IMG/VR virus record: IMGVR_UViG_3300035053_000267
Location: 1 to 64,000 of that record
Strand: one strand, 5' to 3'
DNA from: a virus
Length of the DNA: 64,000 bases
Shown here: one piece after another, positions 1 through 10,910 of the stretch
How the letters are laid out: the number at the start of each line of letters is the position of its first letter
Numbering within the stretch: position 1 is the stretch's first letter
Translations under genes and position numbers: made by a program
The notes under the pieces: model-generated
The model's input: only the letters and a program-made list of their open reading frames with translations
Databases searched by the model: none
What the model was told of the DNA's origin: nothing

Positions 1-141
1 GCTTTCTCCCACGTGTCGTAAGGGGAAGTATCGCTCCCGTCAGGAGAAACATAATATGTACCAGCCTGTACAGTGCCGCACAAAACCAGTAATATGTATA
101 AAAAATACACTCTATTCATAGTTATACCCTTGTATAGTGTG

Positions 142-816
142 TTAATACGCCAAATGCATATCAACAATAGTCTCAACATCAGGAGACGATGGAAACACAA
201 GACGTCCATATATGCTGCTGTTAGTGCTGCCATCCCAGACTCCGAAGCCTCCGAACTGGCTTACTCTGGAAATAAATGCGTTAGTAGTGTAGCTGAATCT
301 AGTGACCTCTTCCAGGTATACGTTAGGATCAAGGACATCCACTATTCCTGAATACTCCATGTTTGTACCATCAATAACTCTTACATAATCATTGGTCCAG
401 TATAGAGATACATCCACACCCATGTCGATCATAGTGTCCCCGGGAGCTATGGAATCTGCCGGATGAAGAGACAGAAGAGTAACGCTTGCACGCCATATAG
501 CAGAGGTTCTAGGACGGTCCGGAGAGCTGTAAAACGTAAGACTGACAGGAGTCATGGATGAGTATATATCATTTGTATCAGATATATACACGTCTCCCAT
601 AAGAACATCTACAACATCCGACAGATTGGTTACTGTAAAATCATTAGTAACTGCATCGCAGTCTATGACTATGGACATATTGGTCTTAGACGGAGTATAG
701 TCGCTAGTCCCAACTCCAGAGCCCTGAAGTACGCCATCATGATATATCTCATCAGAACTGCCTAAAAGAGCAAAGAATCCGATTAAAAAACCTATAATAA
801 TACATTTATATTTCAT
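142..816 (-). CDS. Hypothetical virion/exported protein with hydrophobic N-terminus
   Basis: ATG 816 (MKYKCIIIGFLIGFFALLG) overlaps the upstream stop (ATGA). Confidence 0.6.
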   Translation of the reverse strand: MKYKCIIIGFLIGFFALLGSSDEIYHDGVLQGSGVGTSDYTPSKTNMSIVIDCDAVTNDFTVTNLSDVVDVLMGDVYISDTNDIYSSMTPVSLTFYSSPDRPRTSAIWRASVTLLSLHPADSIAPGDTMIDMGVDVSLYWTNDYVRVIDGTNMEYSGIVDVLDPNVYLEEVTRFSYTTNAFISRVSQFGGFGVWDGSTNSSIYGRLVFPSSPDVETIVDMHLAY

Positions 817-1517
817 GCCAGTTTTCCAAGTTGAAGAAGTCCATCGCTGAACTTTGTTCCGTTTTTTCCATAGTGAGCAACAAATGTTACAGTGGGAAGA
901 TCCCTGGACCATGGGCTGCATTTGTCATGACAGTCAAAATGAGGCGGCAAAGCCACATTCCAATACACATAAGACATAGCCGGAAGATACATGTCTCCAT
1001 ATTTTTTATACGCATCTTCATGCTCTCCGATAATAAACGGAGTTCTTATTTTCCATGGATCATCCGGTCTTAAACCGGAAGTTAAAACAACTTTCCACTC
1101 TCCATCATCAAAATAAGCAGTCCAGTTGCCACGGGGCAAGCTGTCAGGCTCTCTGGCGTAGGCCACCCAGGCACCGGCATATATTAAAGCATGCTTATCA
1201 ACTTCCCAATCAGGCTGCGTAGTAAGTTCGATCCTGTCTGACGCTCCGGACGGGTATTCTTTATTGTCGTAACTGCCATTGCATGAAGGCACCGCTTTGG
1301 CTATAAGGTCACTTACATCAACAACCATAAGATTAAGACAATGCTCTTTAACAACAGTGAAAGAAACATTCCCAATAGATACAGTGTTGCCATCATCAGG
1401 AGGGCTGGTACCCTGGTCTGATGTATTTATATATTCTCTTATGTCCGCAGTTTTCTGCTGCATAGCACCAGTTAAAGCATCAAGTTCATCAAGTTTTTTA
1501 TTAAGTTCCTTATCCAT
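813..1517 (-). CDS. Hypothetical protein
   Basis: 234-aa ORF with RBS, tightly packed in operon. Confidence 0.7.
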   Translation of the reverse strand: MDKELNKKLDELDALTGAMQQKTADIREYINTSDQGTSPPDDGNTVSIGNVSFTVVKEHCLNLMVVDVSDLIAKAVPSCNGSYDNKEYPSGASDRIELTTQPDWEVDKHALIYAGAWVAYAREPDSLPRGNWTAYFDDGEWKVVLTSGLRPDDPWKIRTPFIIGEHEDAYKKYGDMYLPAMSYVYWNVALPPHFDCHDKCSPWSRDLPTVTFVAHYGKNGTKFSDGLLQLGKLA

Positions 1518-1526
1518 TACTTTCCT

Positions 1527-4250
1527 TTAATCATGAGTGCAGATTAATCCGTTGGTAACGTAATAGTTAGTTCCGTCAGCAAGAAAAGAACCTGTCCATG
1601 TTTTTGACGGAGAAATACTCTCAGGTGCTATGTTGGTTATGTTCTCACCGTTGCCTGCCCATCCAACTCGATTAGTGATGTCAGCATAAAACTCACCGCC
1701 GTTTTCATCCATACTGAAAATGGGGTTGCCACTTTTATCCGATATTACGAATCCTCCGTTATTGGGCAGCTGGATCTCGAAAGCAGAGGCATTTGCATAT
1801 ATATTTGAACCAAGTATAAATTTAATTGAACCACACACAGCGTCTGAAGTAAGAACGTCTGAGTTTCCATTAAATCCGGCAGTTTGAAAATACATATCAG
1901 GACCTGCAAAGGCTTCTCCCGTAGGCGGAATGCCGCCTACACTTGTTGTTTCAATTACAAACGGATCAGGAGATTCTTCATTGACTTCCTGCTCGGATTT
2001 TATCAAAGTGAACACACCGGTAGGACATGTTAAAGCACCTGACATTGTAAACCCACTGACAGAACTGACAGTAAGGCAGCCGGAAGTGGCGCTGATATTC
2101 AATATGGCATTAGAGCTCCCATCATACACTGTGAAGTCGGAACCTCCATCAGAATGATTATTTGTTCCCAAGTATAAATTAAAATCTCCAGCATAGTTTC
2201 CGGAGCCCATCCACATATTAACACCACCTCCACGCTGGGCTGTGGCCGCATCTCCACACATTATATCCAAATCAGGAGCGTCATAAGGAGTCTCTCCATT
2301 ATCGGTCTGAATGATGATATTCTTCTGCTGCAAGTCACTTATTTCGTTCTTAATTTTTATTTCCGGACCCTCTACAACCATACTTCCATTAACACGAAAT
2401 ACGCCGGCTGTACCCTTCCAGGAAGCATCATCTCCAGAGCCTCCTGAGCCCAGATTAAACTCTATATCCCCACCGTTTCCAGCCTTTCTGGATCCAGCGT
2501 ACATATCATCGCCACCGTCTCCGGTTGTTACCTTAAATCCCCCGCCTGAACCTCCCTGACCATTATACCAGGCGTCCCCGCCGTTACCTAAATTAACTCT
2601 GAACCACCCTCCCGTATGCGCTTCGCCAGCATTCTGTGAATCATCTCCTTTACACGTCTTAAGCTCTATTGACGGAGCGTTACTGCCGCTGTCAGCTGAT
2701 CCAGAAGCTATAAAAACAATATCAGTTATATTGCCGTGGAAATTGTTTGCGTACATGTCGTTGCTTTCCAAAGTAATATCATACTCATAGGTATAAGATG
2801 AGTAGACTTCTTTTGCTCCGCTTGTAACTCCCCAGCTTACATATTCTCCATAATATCCCTCCTTAAGCTGAATAACAGACACTTCACTGTACGCGCCTTG
2901 ATTAGTGCTTACAGGAACGTATAAATCGTATATTACGTTAGTTGCCGTGTTAGTGACATAGAGGCCTTCAGTAGGCATGCCGACATCAAACTTTGTAACA
3001 TTAAAACTGTCTGAAATCAACTTGGATACAGTTAAAAATGAACACACATTAATATGCTCAGTAGTAGTGTCTATACTGGCTCCGCCCCATAGAACCATAT
3101 ACGTGCCATAGCTCCCCCGGTTAAGCGTAGATGGCGGAAACACTGACATTCTAAGGCAGTTGTTAGACCCCAGTTCAACTGCTCCAGCTATATCGGCAAA
3201 AAACTCGGGAGCTTTAAAAGCGTATCTCCCACTGTAATTTGTCTGCATGGCATTAATGTTATCGGCATGAAGCTGATCACAATGTATGACACTATCAGAA
3301 TTAAGAGCACTGTTAAGATTAAGCCTGTAATTAAACGTTATATTGCTGTTAAAAGAATCAATATTTACAGACTCAACACCATCTGTATGCGTTATAGATA
3401 CTTCCCTCGGATTATTTACCTGGAACACGCCGCATGTGCCCAACTCGGAAGGAGGGCCTTCTACTGTACCGGCAAGACCTACATTGAGAATAATATCTCC
3501 ACCTCTGCCGCCTAACCCATCGGGCTGATAAGTAGTCGATTTATGCCCACCGGCTCCCGCACTAACAATAAAACTTCCACCAATGCCTCCAGTAAGCGCA
3601 TTGTAAGATGTTCCACGCCCATCAGCTAAATTAAAAACAACGTCTCCCGACTTAAAGCAATCGTCGGAACTATACATATGATCCCCTTCAGCTGTGGCTA
3701 TAACTATATCTGGAGCGTCAGATAAAGTTGCCGCACCCTTACCTATAATATTAGTTAAATTAAGTATCTGCTCTGCGTACAGATTAGAGTCTATAACTAA
3801 ATCATTATTAACTTCAGTTCTGCCATAGACTTTGTTTGTTTCGAGACAGTTAGTTAAAATAATGTGACTGAACACGCCTTCAGCAGCGTTGGTCAGATCT
3901 TTTTGATTGGCGTTTATATCAGCGATAGCCCCGTACAGTGCCCAGCCTTGAGCACTTATTACATTTGTATCAGGACCATAAACAAGCCACCCGGAATTTG
4001 TCTCATCCACTCTTAAAGACCTGAAAGCATCGGCTGATTCGTCCCACATCCACAAATTAGTGAACAGAGTGTTAAGATCACTCTCTCCAAGAACGGTAAA
4101 ATTATAGTTTACCTTTTCACGGGCTTTACGGAATGAGTCTGTTCTGCTGATCATCTTGTATGTGGGAGCCGCCCACACCAAAGCACAGAAACAGACCGTA
4201 AACGAAACGAACATTGCTGCTATTTTATTTCTCATATTATTCCTCGACAC
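1527..4250 (-). CDS. Gly-rich tail fibre/adhesin-like protein with signal-peptide-like N-terminus
   Basis: 907 aa; repeated GxGG beta motifs (GGRGGDIILNVG, GNGGDIEFNLG); C-terminal YVTNGLI. Confidence 0.55.
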   Translation of the reverse strand: MSRNNMRNKIAAMFVSFTVCFCALVWAAPTYKMISRTDSFRKAREKVNYNFTVLGESDLNTLFTNLWMWDESADAFRSLRVDETNSGWLVYGPDTNVISAQGWALYGAIADINANQKDLTNAAEGVFSHIILTNCLETNKVYGRTEVNNDLVIDSNLYAEQILNLTNIIGKGAATLSDAPDIVIATAEGDHMYSSDDCFKSGDVVFNLADGRGTSYNALTGGIGGSFIVSAGAGGHKSTTYQPDGLGGRGGDIILNVGLAGTVEGPPSELGTCGVFQVNNPREVSITHTDGVESVNIDSFNSNITFNYRLNLNSALNSDSVIHCDQLHADNINAMQTNYSGRYAFKAPEFFADIAGAVELGSNNCLRMSVFPPSTLNRGSYGTYMVLWGGASIDTTTEHINVCSFLTVSKLISDSFNVTKFDVGMPTEGLYVTNTATNVIYDLYVPVSTNQGAYSEVSVIQLKEGYYGEYVSWGVTSGAKEVYSSYTYEYDITLESNDMYANNFHGNITDIVFIASGSADSGSNAPSIELKTCKGDDSQNAGEAHTGGWFRVNLGNGGDAWYNGQGGSGGGFKVTTGDGGDDMYAGSRKAGNGGDIEFNLGSGGSGDDASWKGTAGVFRVNGSMVVEGPEIKIKNEISDLQQKNIIIQTDNGETPYDAPDLDIMCGDAATAQRGGGVNMWMGSGNYAGDFNLYLGTNNHSDGGSDFTVYDGSSNAILNISATSGCLTVSSVSGFTMSGALTCPTGVFTLIKSEQEVNEESPDPFVIETTSVGGIPPTGEAFAGPDMYFQTAGFNGNSDVLTSDAVCGSIKFILGSNIYANASAFEIQLPNNGGFVISDKSGNPIFSMDENGGEFYADITNRVGWAGNGENITNIAPESISPSKTWTGSFLADGTNYYVTNGLICTHD

Positions 4251-5091
4251 AAAAATCGTAAAGCTTCTCAGACGCTATCTGTATGAAATCTTCATACACC
4301 TCAACAATTTCATCGACTATGCCTGGATCGTCCATTCTCCAGCTGTCTTTTCTTGTAAAATCAATAAATGTAGTCCTGTTTTCTCCTAAAACAGCCTCGG
4401 CTTCGTATTGAGAAACAGAGGCGTAACTGCTTTCCAAGTATAACCCAAGAATGTATTTGAGCCAAGAAATATATCCTGTAGGTATTTCCGTTGTTTTATG
4501 AATATGCTCGGAATCCATGCCCGTGCCTATACTGAAGGTTTTGATATCCTCCAACGGAGCCAGTTTATGTTTGAGAATGCCTGATATACCTATCATTATA
4601 GGATTATTCTCTACCAGACCTCCATCGGCATATCCCTTCCACGGATCAAAGTATGTAGGAGCCGCACATGATGCTCTTACAGCTTCCCATACAGGGAATT
4701 TTTTATCTCCATCATCCATATTGGTGAATACTTTGGCTTTTCTCTTATGTATGTTCCAGGCCGGAATCCAGGTCGGCTTCTGTAAGCCTTCAAGATTAAA
4801 ATTAAAATACCTGTGCAGATTCTCGTTAAGACTACTGTCGGAATACCGTGGGGTCCACAGCTTATATTTTCTCCACCACCTGCCTGAAAATATATTATGA
4901 ACTCTACTGTCAAATACATCAAACAAAGTAGATGCATCGTATCCTGTTGCCAAATACGCGCCACATAAAGAGCCTACAGAACTGCCCACTATAGCATCTA
5001 CATTAAAAACATTATCAACCATTGACAGGACTTTAGCCTGAAAAGCTCCCAGACAGCCGCCTCCTGGAAGTACAAGTAGTTTGAAACTCAT
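4237..5091 (-). CDS. Patatin-like phospholipase
   Basis: GGGCLG oxyanion motif, GSSVG nucleophile elbow, ASCAAPTYF, DGG. Confidence 0.92.
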   Translation of the reverse strand: MSFKLLVLPGGGCLGAFQAKVLSMVDNVFNVDAIVGSSVGSLCGAYLATGYDASTLFDVFDSRVHNIFSGRWWRKYKLWTPRYSDSSLNENLHRYFNFNLEGLQKPTWIPAWNIHKRKAKVFTNMDDGDKKFPVWEAVRASCAAPTYFDPWKGYADGGLVENNPIMIGISGILKHKLAPLEDIKTFSIGTGMDSEHIHKTTEIPTGYISWLKYILGLYLESSYASVSQYEAEAVLGENRTTFIDFTRKDSWRMDDPGIVDEIVEVYEDFIQIASEKLYDFCVEE

Positions 5092-5903
5092 GACGAACTG
5101 CTCCCTGTTATATCAAACTGATAAATAATATCCGTTGTCGGAATAAGACGTAACTCAATACTGTCATAAATGACAGGAACTCCTCTATACGAAATAGTTT
5201 TAACTTTTTGAACCATATATCTTTCATCTGTCTGGCCGTTTACCCACACATCTTTAGTGTCCACACACGGGCACACTATGCCTCTGGCCACTGTAACGGC
5301 ATTTTCCGATGTGCCGCCGGCCTGGGACTGCTCTATTCTTTTAGGAGCATTTCCTGACTCGGATATATAATAGGACACCGGATCGAAATAGCCTCCTACA
5401 ACGCCTGTACCGTAACACACATCGCACTGTCCGGACGTTATGTCTCCTGTATCGAAGTCTAAGCACTCTGTACAGGCTGTCCCCCAATGCCTTCTTTTGA
5501 GAAGGCAGCCGCATATACCGGTGTAAGTCCGCATATACATATACTCTTTTCTCAATATCTCAGACACTATGGAACTGTCACGATTCGATAGATTGCCAAA
5601 AGCGTTTTTGACATTAGAGGCATACACGTTACCGTCTGTATCCGTCATTTTAACATAGTAATAAAGACGGGGAACAATGCCGTATATGCGTCTTACAGTA
5701 TCTTCCAGCAAATGCCCGTCGGTAACTGTTCCTACGGACTCCCAGGCACCTACACCGGATCTGGATCTGAAAACCTCAAATACACATGTACCGTTTACAG
5801 GGAACTGAGGATTAAGATCCCAAGTCACAATATTTACACCGCTGATAACATTATAAACACTGACTTTGGCAAATGGATTAATCATTTTTGGTATACATAT
5901 CAA
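5088..5903 (-). CDS. Putative head-closure/neck protein with Zn finger
   Basis: CTEC...CDVCYGTGVVGGY; lies downstream of the capsid genes. Confidence 0.55.
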   Translation of the reverse strand: MICIPKMINPFAKVSVYNVISGVNIVTWDLNPQFPVNGTCVFEVFRSRSGVGAWESVGTVTDGHLLEDTVRRIYGIVPRLYYYVKMTDTDGNVYASNVKNAFGNLSNRDSSIVSEILRKEYMYMRTYTGICGCLLKRRHWGTACTECLDFDTGDITSGQCDVCYGTGVVGGYFDPVSYYISESGNAPKRIEQSQAGGTSENAVTVARGIVCPCVDTKDVWVNGQTDERYMVQKVKTISYRGVPVIYDSIELRLIPTTDIIYQFDITGSSSS

Positions 5904-5906
5904 AAA

Positions 5907-6926
5907 TCAGCAGTAACCGGATCCTATATATCCAAATCCGTTGCCTATATTGATCTCCAATTTTGTATTTTTAATAAAATCCCGCCATTCCCCAAGATAC
6001 ATAGAAGACTGTGTTAAATACTCATTAGCTTTATTTTTGTCGTCTACAGAAATACCACCTGTGGAATATGGAAGATGATTCCTGCTGTATGACAGTGCCG
6101 CTATTCTCAGTAGATAACCTATAACAGCATTCATCCAGAAGAACCTCCACCGTCCCGGGAAACTGGATACTGTGTACGATGTCTTAGGCTGGTATAAAGC
6201 ATTAAATTCATCTACAGGCTTTTTAATGGCAGTTATGATTTCCTCATCACTGAACTCAAGAGCGTTTATAAGTATATTTTGCGTTATACAGACGTCCCTC
6301 ATGTTAAGACGTACTTCAGGTATGGTTAAAGCTCCATTGGAATCTGTGAAAAGACTTTTCTCTATACAGAACCAATAAGGCACGGCGAAATACAGTTTAT
6401 CCCCATTCGTATCCGTTATCATTACTTCTGAACGATAGACTCCGGCATCTTTAAGATACCCTGCCGGCAGTATGCAGCTTACAAGGCCTGGGTTCTGCTG
6501 CTCAACTTCGCATACCTTTACGAACTCGGCCGTGTTGGACATGTAAGTGTCTCTTACAATAAAGCCTGCATTGTATCCGGATATAAACTTAAGATCCGTG
6601 CTGGTAGAGCTACTGGAATCGTCCTCTCCCGTGTATACAGTGTCTTCTTCAGTTATTGACGTTATATCCACGGGAAAACCATTCAAATCCCGTAAAGGCA
6701 GGATAAGTTTAACATTAGTCTGATTTTGCAGTACCCTTATAACCGGAGTGCCGCTTTGACAGACGGACCTTCCTTTATCATACGTGATAGATTCAAACTC
6801 TGTGCTTCCTTTACTTATGTTAGAATCCGAGTCTGTGGGGTCTGTAATGTCCACAGCTCCCTCAGGCCATACAGTATTAAACGACGGGTAACAGCTCATT
6901 AATGCTCCAAAATAAAAAGAGTCCAA
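5907..6926 (-). CDS. Putative neck/head-tail adaptor protein
   Basis: C-terminal VRLNMRD...FSDEEI...YSTGGISVDDK pattern and position in head module; start uncertain. Confidence 0.5.
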   Translation of the reverse strand: MDSFYFGALMSCYPSFNTVWPEGAVDITDPTDSDSNISKGSTEFESITYDKGRSVCQSGTPVIRVLQNQTNVKLILPLRDLNGFPVDITSITEEDTVYTGEDDSSSSTSTDLKFISGYNAGFIVRDTYMSNTAEFVKVCEVEQQNPGLVSCILPAGYLKDAGVYRSEVMITDTNGDKLYFAVPYWFCIEKSLFTDSNGALTIPEVRLNMRDVCITQNILINALEFSDEEIITAIKKPVDEFNALYQPKTSYTVSSFPGRWRFFWMNAVIGYLLRIAALSYSRNHLPYSTGGISVDDKNKANEYLTQSSMYLGEWRDFIKNTKLEINIGNGFGYIGSGYC

Positions 6927-7008
6927 TATTTCTACTGGACTCTATTATATCGTTGTCAATACCTGTTTGACAAGCAAGTAAGCCTGACAATTAAATATTG
7001 CTACTATG

Positions 7009-7527
7009 TTATTCCGTATGCTGCTCAATAACAGTGACAGACGCACCATCCGTAACGAACCCTACCGTCACCCTGTATCTGGCCGCAGGCAGGTCTGTAA
7101 GATTAATTAGAGCATCACATGTCACGCTTCTTGCGTCTACAAGACACCAGCTACCCTGAATCGGATCGGGAGCCGTACCGGCATACGACGACAAATGAGG
7201 CCCACTCCAGACCCACACAAGAATATCCGCATGACATACATCCGAATTAGCGGCAATACGGGTAGAATAAGTTCTTACTTCGCCGAGACAACCATCCTCC
7301 GGAGGGTCAAACTCGATAAACAGCTTTAAATGCCCGTTATAACCCCTCGATGATGCTTCATAACTGACAGAGCCTGAGTTCTGCACCATTTTAGACGAGT
7401 CTATATCAAGCCTTATATCGTCTGATACAGCATCTGGACCTGCGTCAGCAGAAGTAATCCCAGACCTGTATACGCGCCTGCCAGTCAGAAAGGTTACGTC
7501 ATAATTCGATTTTCTTCCTACACTCAT
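7009..7527 (-). CDS. Hypothetical virion protein
   Basis: 172-aa ORF in structural operon. Confidence 0.6.
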   Translation of the reverse strand: MSVGRKSNYDVTFLTGRRVYRSGITSADAGPDAVSDDIRLDIDSSKMVQNSGSVSYEASSRGYNGHLKLFIEFDPPEDGCLGEVRTYSTRIAANSDVCHADILVWVWSGPHLSSYAGTAPDPIQGSWCLVDARSVTCDALINLTDLPAARYRVTVGFVTDGASVTVIEQHTE

Positions 7528-7535
7528 TTATAGCC

Positions 7536-7850
7536 TTAGTCAGCAATAAAGGCGTCACTTATTTCAGGGTCCTGCAAAATAGCTCCGGACAGCGAATAAG
7601 TGTCATCAGACGAACCGGCAACCAGAGCCGCAAGGCTCTTAGAAGCGGACTTAACAATGTCATTAGGAGCCTGAGCCGCAGACTTAACCTGGCCACCTTC
7701 CTGAAGCGAACTGAGAATAGCTGCAATCTTAAGCAGTTCTTCAGCATCTTCACGGGTGTTTACAGGTATACCGGCGGCTGCGCATTTATTCAAAAACACA
7801 GGAGCATACGCTTTATTAAACAAAACATTCTGAATCTTTTCTTCGTTCAT
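7536..7850 (-). CDS. Hypothetical K-x-A-motif protein
   Basis: 104 aa, RBS, two VKSA motifs. Confidence 0.65.
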   Translation of the reverse strand: MNEEKIQNVLFNKAYAPVFLNKCAAAGIPVNTREDAEELLKIAAILSSLQEGGQVKSAAQAPNDIVKSASKSLAALVAGSSDDTYSLSGAILQDPEISDAFIAD

Positions 7851-7870
7851 GTCGTATCCTTATCGTTATT

Positions 7871-7900
7871 GGCAGGAGGCCCGCTAAGGAGCCCCCTGCC
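7871..7900 (-). terminator. Stem-loop after capsid gene
   Basis: GGCAGGAGGC...GCCCCCTGCC imperfect inverted repeat. Confidence 0.4.
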
Positions 7901-7916
7901 CACCAGTACGTGTCCT

Positions 7917-8864
7917 TTACGAAGAGCTTGAACCGGAAGAGAAGTCGACGCGGGCGATGCCGGCGACGTTTCCGATAGATGCACCAAACTCCATATACGA
8001 GAAGAACTCGATCATATAAGCTTTGCGATCCACATACATGGTAATGTCTTCAAGAATGAAGTGCTTACCAAGATACTTAGGCTCAGCGAACATAAATATC
8101 GTGTTATCAGGAACGAGATCGCGCTTAATCGTCACAATCCATTTAACTCCGAGCAGAACCTGCTCGCCCCAACCGTTACGAGCCACTTCCTCAGAAAGGT
8201 CGCCACCGAGTTCATCGCGGCCCCACTTCTGGAGTTCTTTGACCGTCACGTTGTTGATCAGCGCAACTTTGGTTTCCAGATGAGCAGGCGTCTGAGGCAT
8301 AATTTTCAGAGCGTCATTGACCGTATCGCGTGTAATACCACCATAAATGGTCTTCCACTGAATGGTTTCCGTAAGGCTAACCTCAGTATCGGCACCGCCG
8401 AGAAGAGTATTGATAGTAGCGATAAACTTGCCGTCTTTTTCAGCGGCAATATCTTTAACACTGTTATCACTCAGAACCTGACGGATATCCATATCATACG
8501 TGCGCAGACGGGAAACGTCCTGTTCCCACTTTTCACTGGCTACACGACTGAACATAACCCGATACTTCGGACCCGCCATGAGGCGGCCTTTAGGCATGGT
8601 GCCATAAGGTATGGAAATGGCGCCCGGGCTTTCCGGTTCCTTTTCGACAATCTTGACGTTATTATCAGTATCAACCTGCTTATCCAGGTCGTCGTTGGTT
8701 ATCTTAATGCCGGGCAGGATAGGGTCCATGAAACTTTCTTCACGCAGCTTCATGCGCGTAAATTCAGTAGCCGCATCCTGGGCATTCTTTTTCAGGCCTT
8801 CGTCATCAGACATGATCTGATCCAGCCAGATTTTATTCATTGCTTTTCCGTAGTATTCACTCAT
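7917..8864 (-). CDS. Probable major capsid protein (HK97 fold)
   Basis: 315 aa; strong RBS (AGGAGA); follows scaffold and decoration genes; VPDNTIFMFAEPKYLG...IGNVAGIARVDF. Confidence 0.7.
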   Translation of the reverse strand: MSEYYGKAMNKIWLDQIMSDDEGLKKNAQDAATEFTRMKLREESFMDPILPGIKITNDDLDKQVDTDNNVKIVEKEPESPGAISIPYGTMPKGRLMAGPKYRVMFSRVASEKWEQDVSRLRTYDMDIRQVLSDNSVKDIAAEKDGKFIATINTLLGGADTEVSLTETIQWKTIYGGITRDTVNDALKIMPQTPAHLETKVALINNVTVKELQKWGRDELGGDLSEEVARNGWGEQVLLGVKWIVTIKRDLVPDNTIFMFAEPKYLGKHFILEDITMYVDRKAYMIEFFSYMEFGASIGNVAGIARVDFSSGSSSS

Positions 8865-8892
8865 TGTATTCTCCTATATATAAAAGCTTGAA

Positions 8893-9447
8893 TTACAGCG
8901 CAAGGCTGGAACTTGCTTCAGTACTGATGGCCGGAAGCCATACAGGCCAAAAACAAAGCACATTCTTGTTGTACTCGTTAGTGCGGCTTCCGTCACTGAC
9001 AACACCACAGATGTCGTCCACATAAGCCACACCAGGACCCAACTGGCCTTCGTCTGCATCGCCAGGAGCTCCGGCGGTCAGAAGAGTATTGGGTGCATAC
9101 GTTTCAGTCGTATCGAATTCAGTGGTTTCCAGTTCGTAACCACCAATGGCAACCAGGCCCGACATGCTCGCAGCGATTTCATCCGAGTCGTTACGCATAC
9201 CGGTAATATTGCCGTCATCACCAATCACATCGAAATCAGTGCTGCTGTTCATAGCAAAAATAGCCATTCCCTGAGAAGCGAGACCAAGCTGCATTTCTCC
9301 ACTGGCATTGAGCGAACAGACATCACCTTCGGTGATGGCGCTGGAAGTGGAGGACAGAGCTGCAACTTTATCAACTACGTTGATATCCGCGCCCCAACCC
9401 TTCACTGGATTAAGTTCGTGATCAAATATCTGAGCAGGAGTACTCAT
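8893..9447 (-). CDS. Putative capsid decoration/cement protein
   Basis: 184 aa, beta-rich, directly upstream of the capsid gene. Confidence 0.5.
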   Translation of the reverse strand: MSTPAQIFDHELNPVKGWGADINVVDKVAALSSTSSAITEGDVCSLNASGEMQLGLASQGMAIFAMNSSTDFDVIGDDGNITGMRNDSDEIAASMSGLVAIGGYELETTEFDTTETYAPNTLLTAGAPGDADEGQLGPGVAYVDDICGVVSDGSRTNEYNKNVLCFWPVWLPAISTEASSSLAL

Positions 9448-9475
9448 ATTTATTACCTTTCTTATTTACTTTTAT

Positions 9476-9823
9476 TTACGCTGTGTAACCAAGAAGACGA
9501 GCTTCAAAAACTTCATCTGAGGTCTGTTTAGCAGCGGTATGTCCCTGCTTATCAGTACTGCCAAGTTTTACAGGCTGAACAGATTCCGCAGTTTTCTTTA
9601 TAGTGTCAATAGCCGCCAGAGGGTCACTGGCCAGCTGTTCAGCTTTAGCCTGTTTCGTCTCTGATTCTATCACACCCTGATTCACCAGCAAATCAACCAG
9701 GTCATCGGCAGAATCCTTAAAAGCCTGCTTAATGCGGACATGATCCTGCACAATGGGGCTGACCTGACGGATATACTCAGCGACTTTCTTCAATGTATTT
9801 ACACTAATAGCTACTTGTTTCAT
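9476..9823 (-). CDS. Hypothetical head-assembly protein
   Basis: 115 aa, helical, K-x-A motifs. Confidence 0.6.
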   Translation of the reverse strand: MKQVAISVNTLKKVAEYIRQVSPIVQDHVRIKQAFKDSADDLVDLLVNQGVIESETKQAKAEQLASDPLAAIDTIKKTAESVQPVKLGSTDKQGHTAAKQTSDEVFEARLLGYTA

Positions 9824-9842
9824 AGTATTATTATACCTTTTC

Positions 9843-10910
9843 TTATTTTTTCTTGCTAGACTTATTAGCGAGTTTCTTTTGAAGAATAGACTTAACTGCG
9901 GATTTCAACGCGGCAGTCTTTTCCTCGCCTGGGACGGGCTCTTCCGCCAAATCTTCAGGGCTGACTCCAGAAGCTGCCAGAGCTTCAACAAGCTCATTAA
10001 TTTCATCTTCGGATACTTCAGCCTCGGCCTCTTCTTCAGCATCAGCCGATTCTACAGGTGCGCCAGCTTCTTCTACAGGAGCGCCAGCTTCTTCTACGGG
10101 AGCACCGGCAGCAGCAGCAGCTTCCGCAGCAATAGCTTCAGCTATAGCCGGATCCTGCATGGCAAGCTGTTCCAGCATAGCCGGATCAATGTCGCCCTGG
10201 GCCGCCTTGGCGAATCCAGTAATATACTCAATAACGTTAGCGGCATCGGCAGACGCCTTTTTCACAGTATTAATAACAGCGGCCTGTTTGACCTGCTCAA
10301 TGCTTTGAGAATCAAGAGCCTCAATAACATCTTTAGCTGCCTGACGCCCTGCTTCTTTAAGAGCAGCATCTTTTTCACTCAATTCTTCCTGAGACTCATT
10401 TTTGGATTCATCCTTATCATTTTTAGATTCGTCCTTATCATCCTTGGATTCGTCTCCGGATTTATCTTCGTTTTCTTCAGCTGTCTTAACAGAGGCAGTA
10501 GCTACAGCAATATCAGCCAGAATAGAATCTGCAAACTCTTCAAGAGAGCCGTATTTTTCAGTACCCGCTTCTGCCGGATGCGAAGTTCCGGGGTCGTCCT
10601 TTTTGTCTTTCGCAGAAGAAGTCTCATTAGCCGGATCTTCACCGGTGGCTTTTGCTTCCACTCCCTGATGAAGAGCAGGGGTATTTTCGCCGCCTGGGCC
10701 TTTTTCGCTGTTATTTTCAGCATCCTCAATAGACTGACCAGGACTCTGGTCTGAAACGTCCTTAGAGTTCTCGCTGGAGCGTGCTCCTTCAGGAGCCGGC
10801 TGGGTTCCATCATCCTCGCTACCGGAAGGGTGAGACGTCGAAGCTTCTTCAGCCGTCTTCTTAATGCCGGTTTCGAGCAGCCATTTATCCAAATTGTTAA
10901 GTATACTCAT
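9843..10910 (-). CDS. Acidic low-complexity scaffold-like protein
   Basis: Glu/Ala-rich; repeats DESKNDK and GAPVEEA; many K-x-A motifs; first gene of capsid operon. Confidence 0.55.
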   Translation of the reverse strand: MSILNNLDKWLLETGIKKTAEEASTSHPSGSEDDGTQPAPEGARSSENSKDVSDQSPGQSIEDAENNSEKGPGGENTPALHQGVEAKATGEDPANETSSAKDKKDDPGTSHPAEAGTEKYGSLEEFADSILADIAVATASVKTAEENEDKSGDESKDDKDESKNDKDESKNESQEELSEKDAALKEAGRQAAKDVIEALDSQSIEQVKQAAVINTVKKASADAANVIEYITGFAKAAQGDIDPAMLEQLAMQDPAIAEAIAAEAAAAAGAPVEEAGAPVEEAGAPVESADAEEEAEAEVSEDEINELVEALAASGVSPEDLAEEPVPGEEKTAALKSAVKSILQKKLANKSSKKK

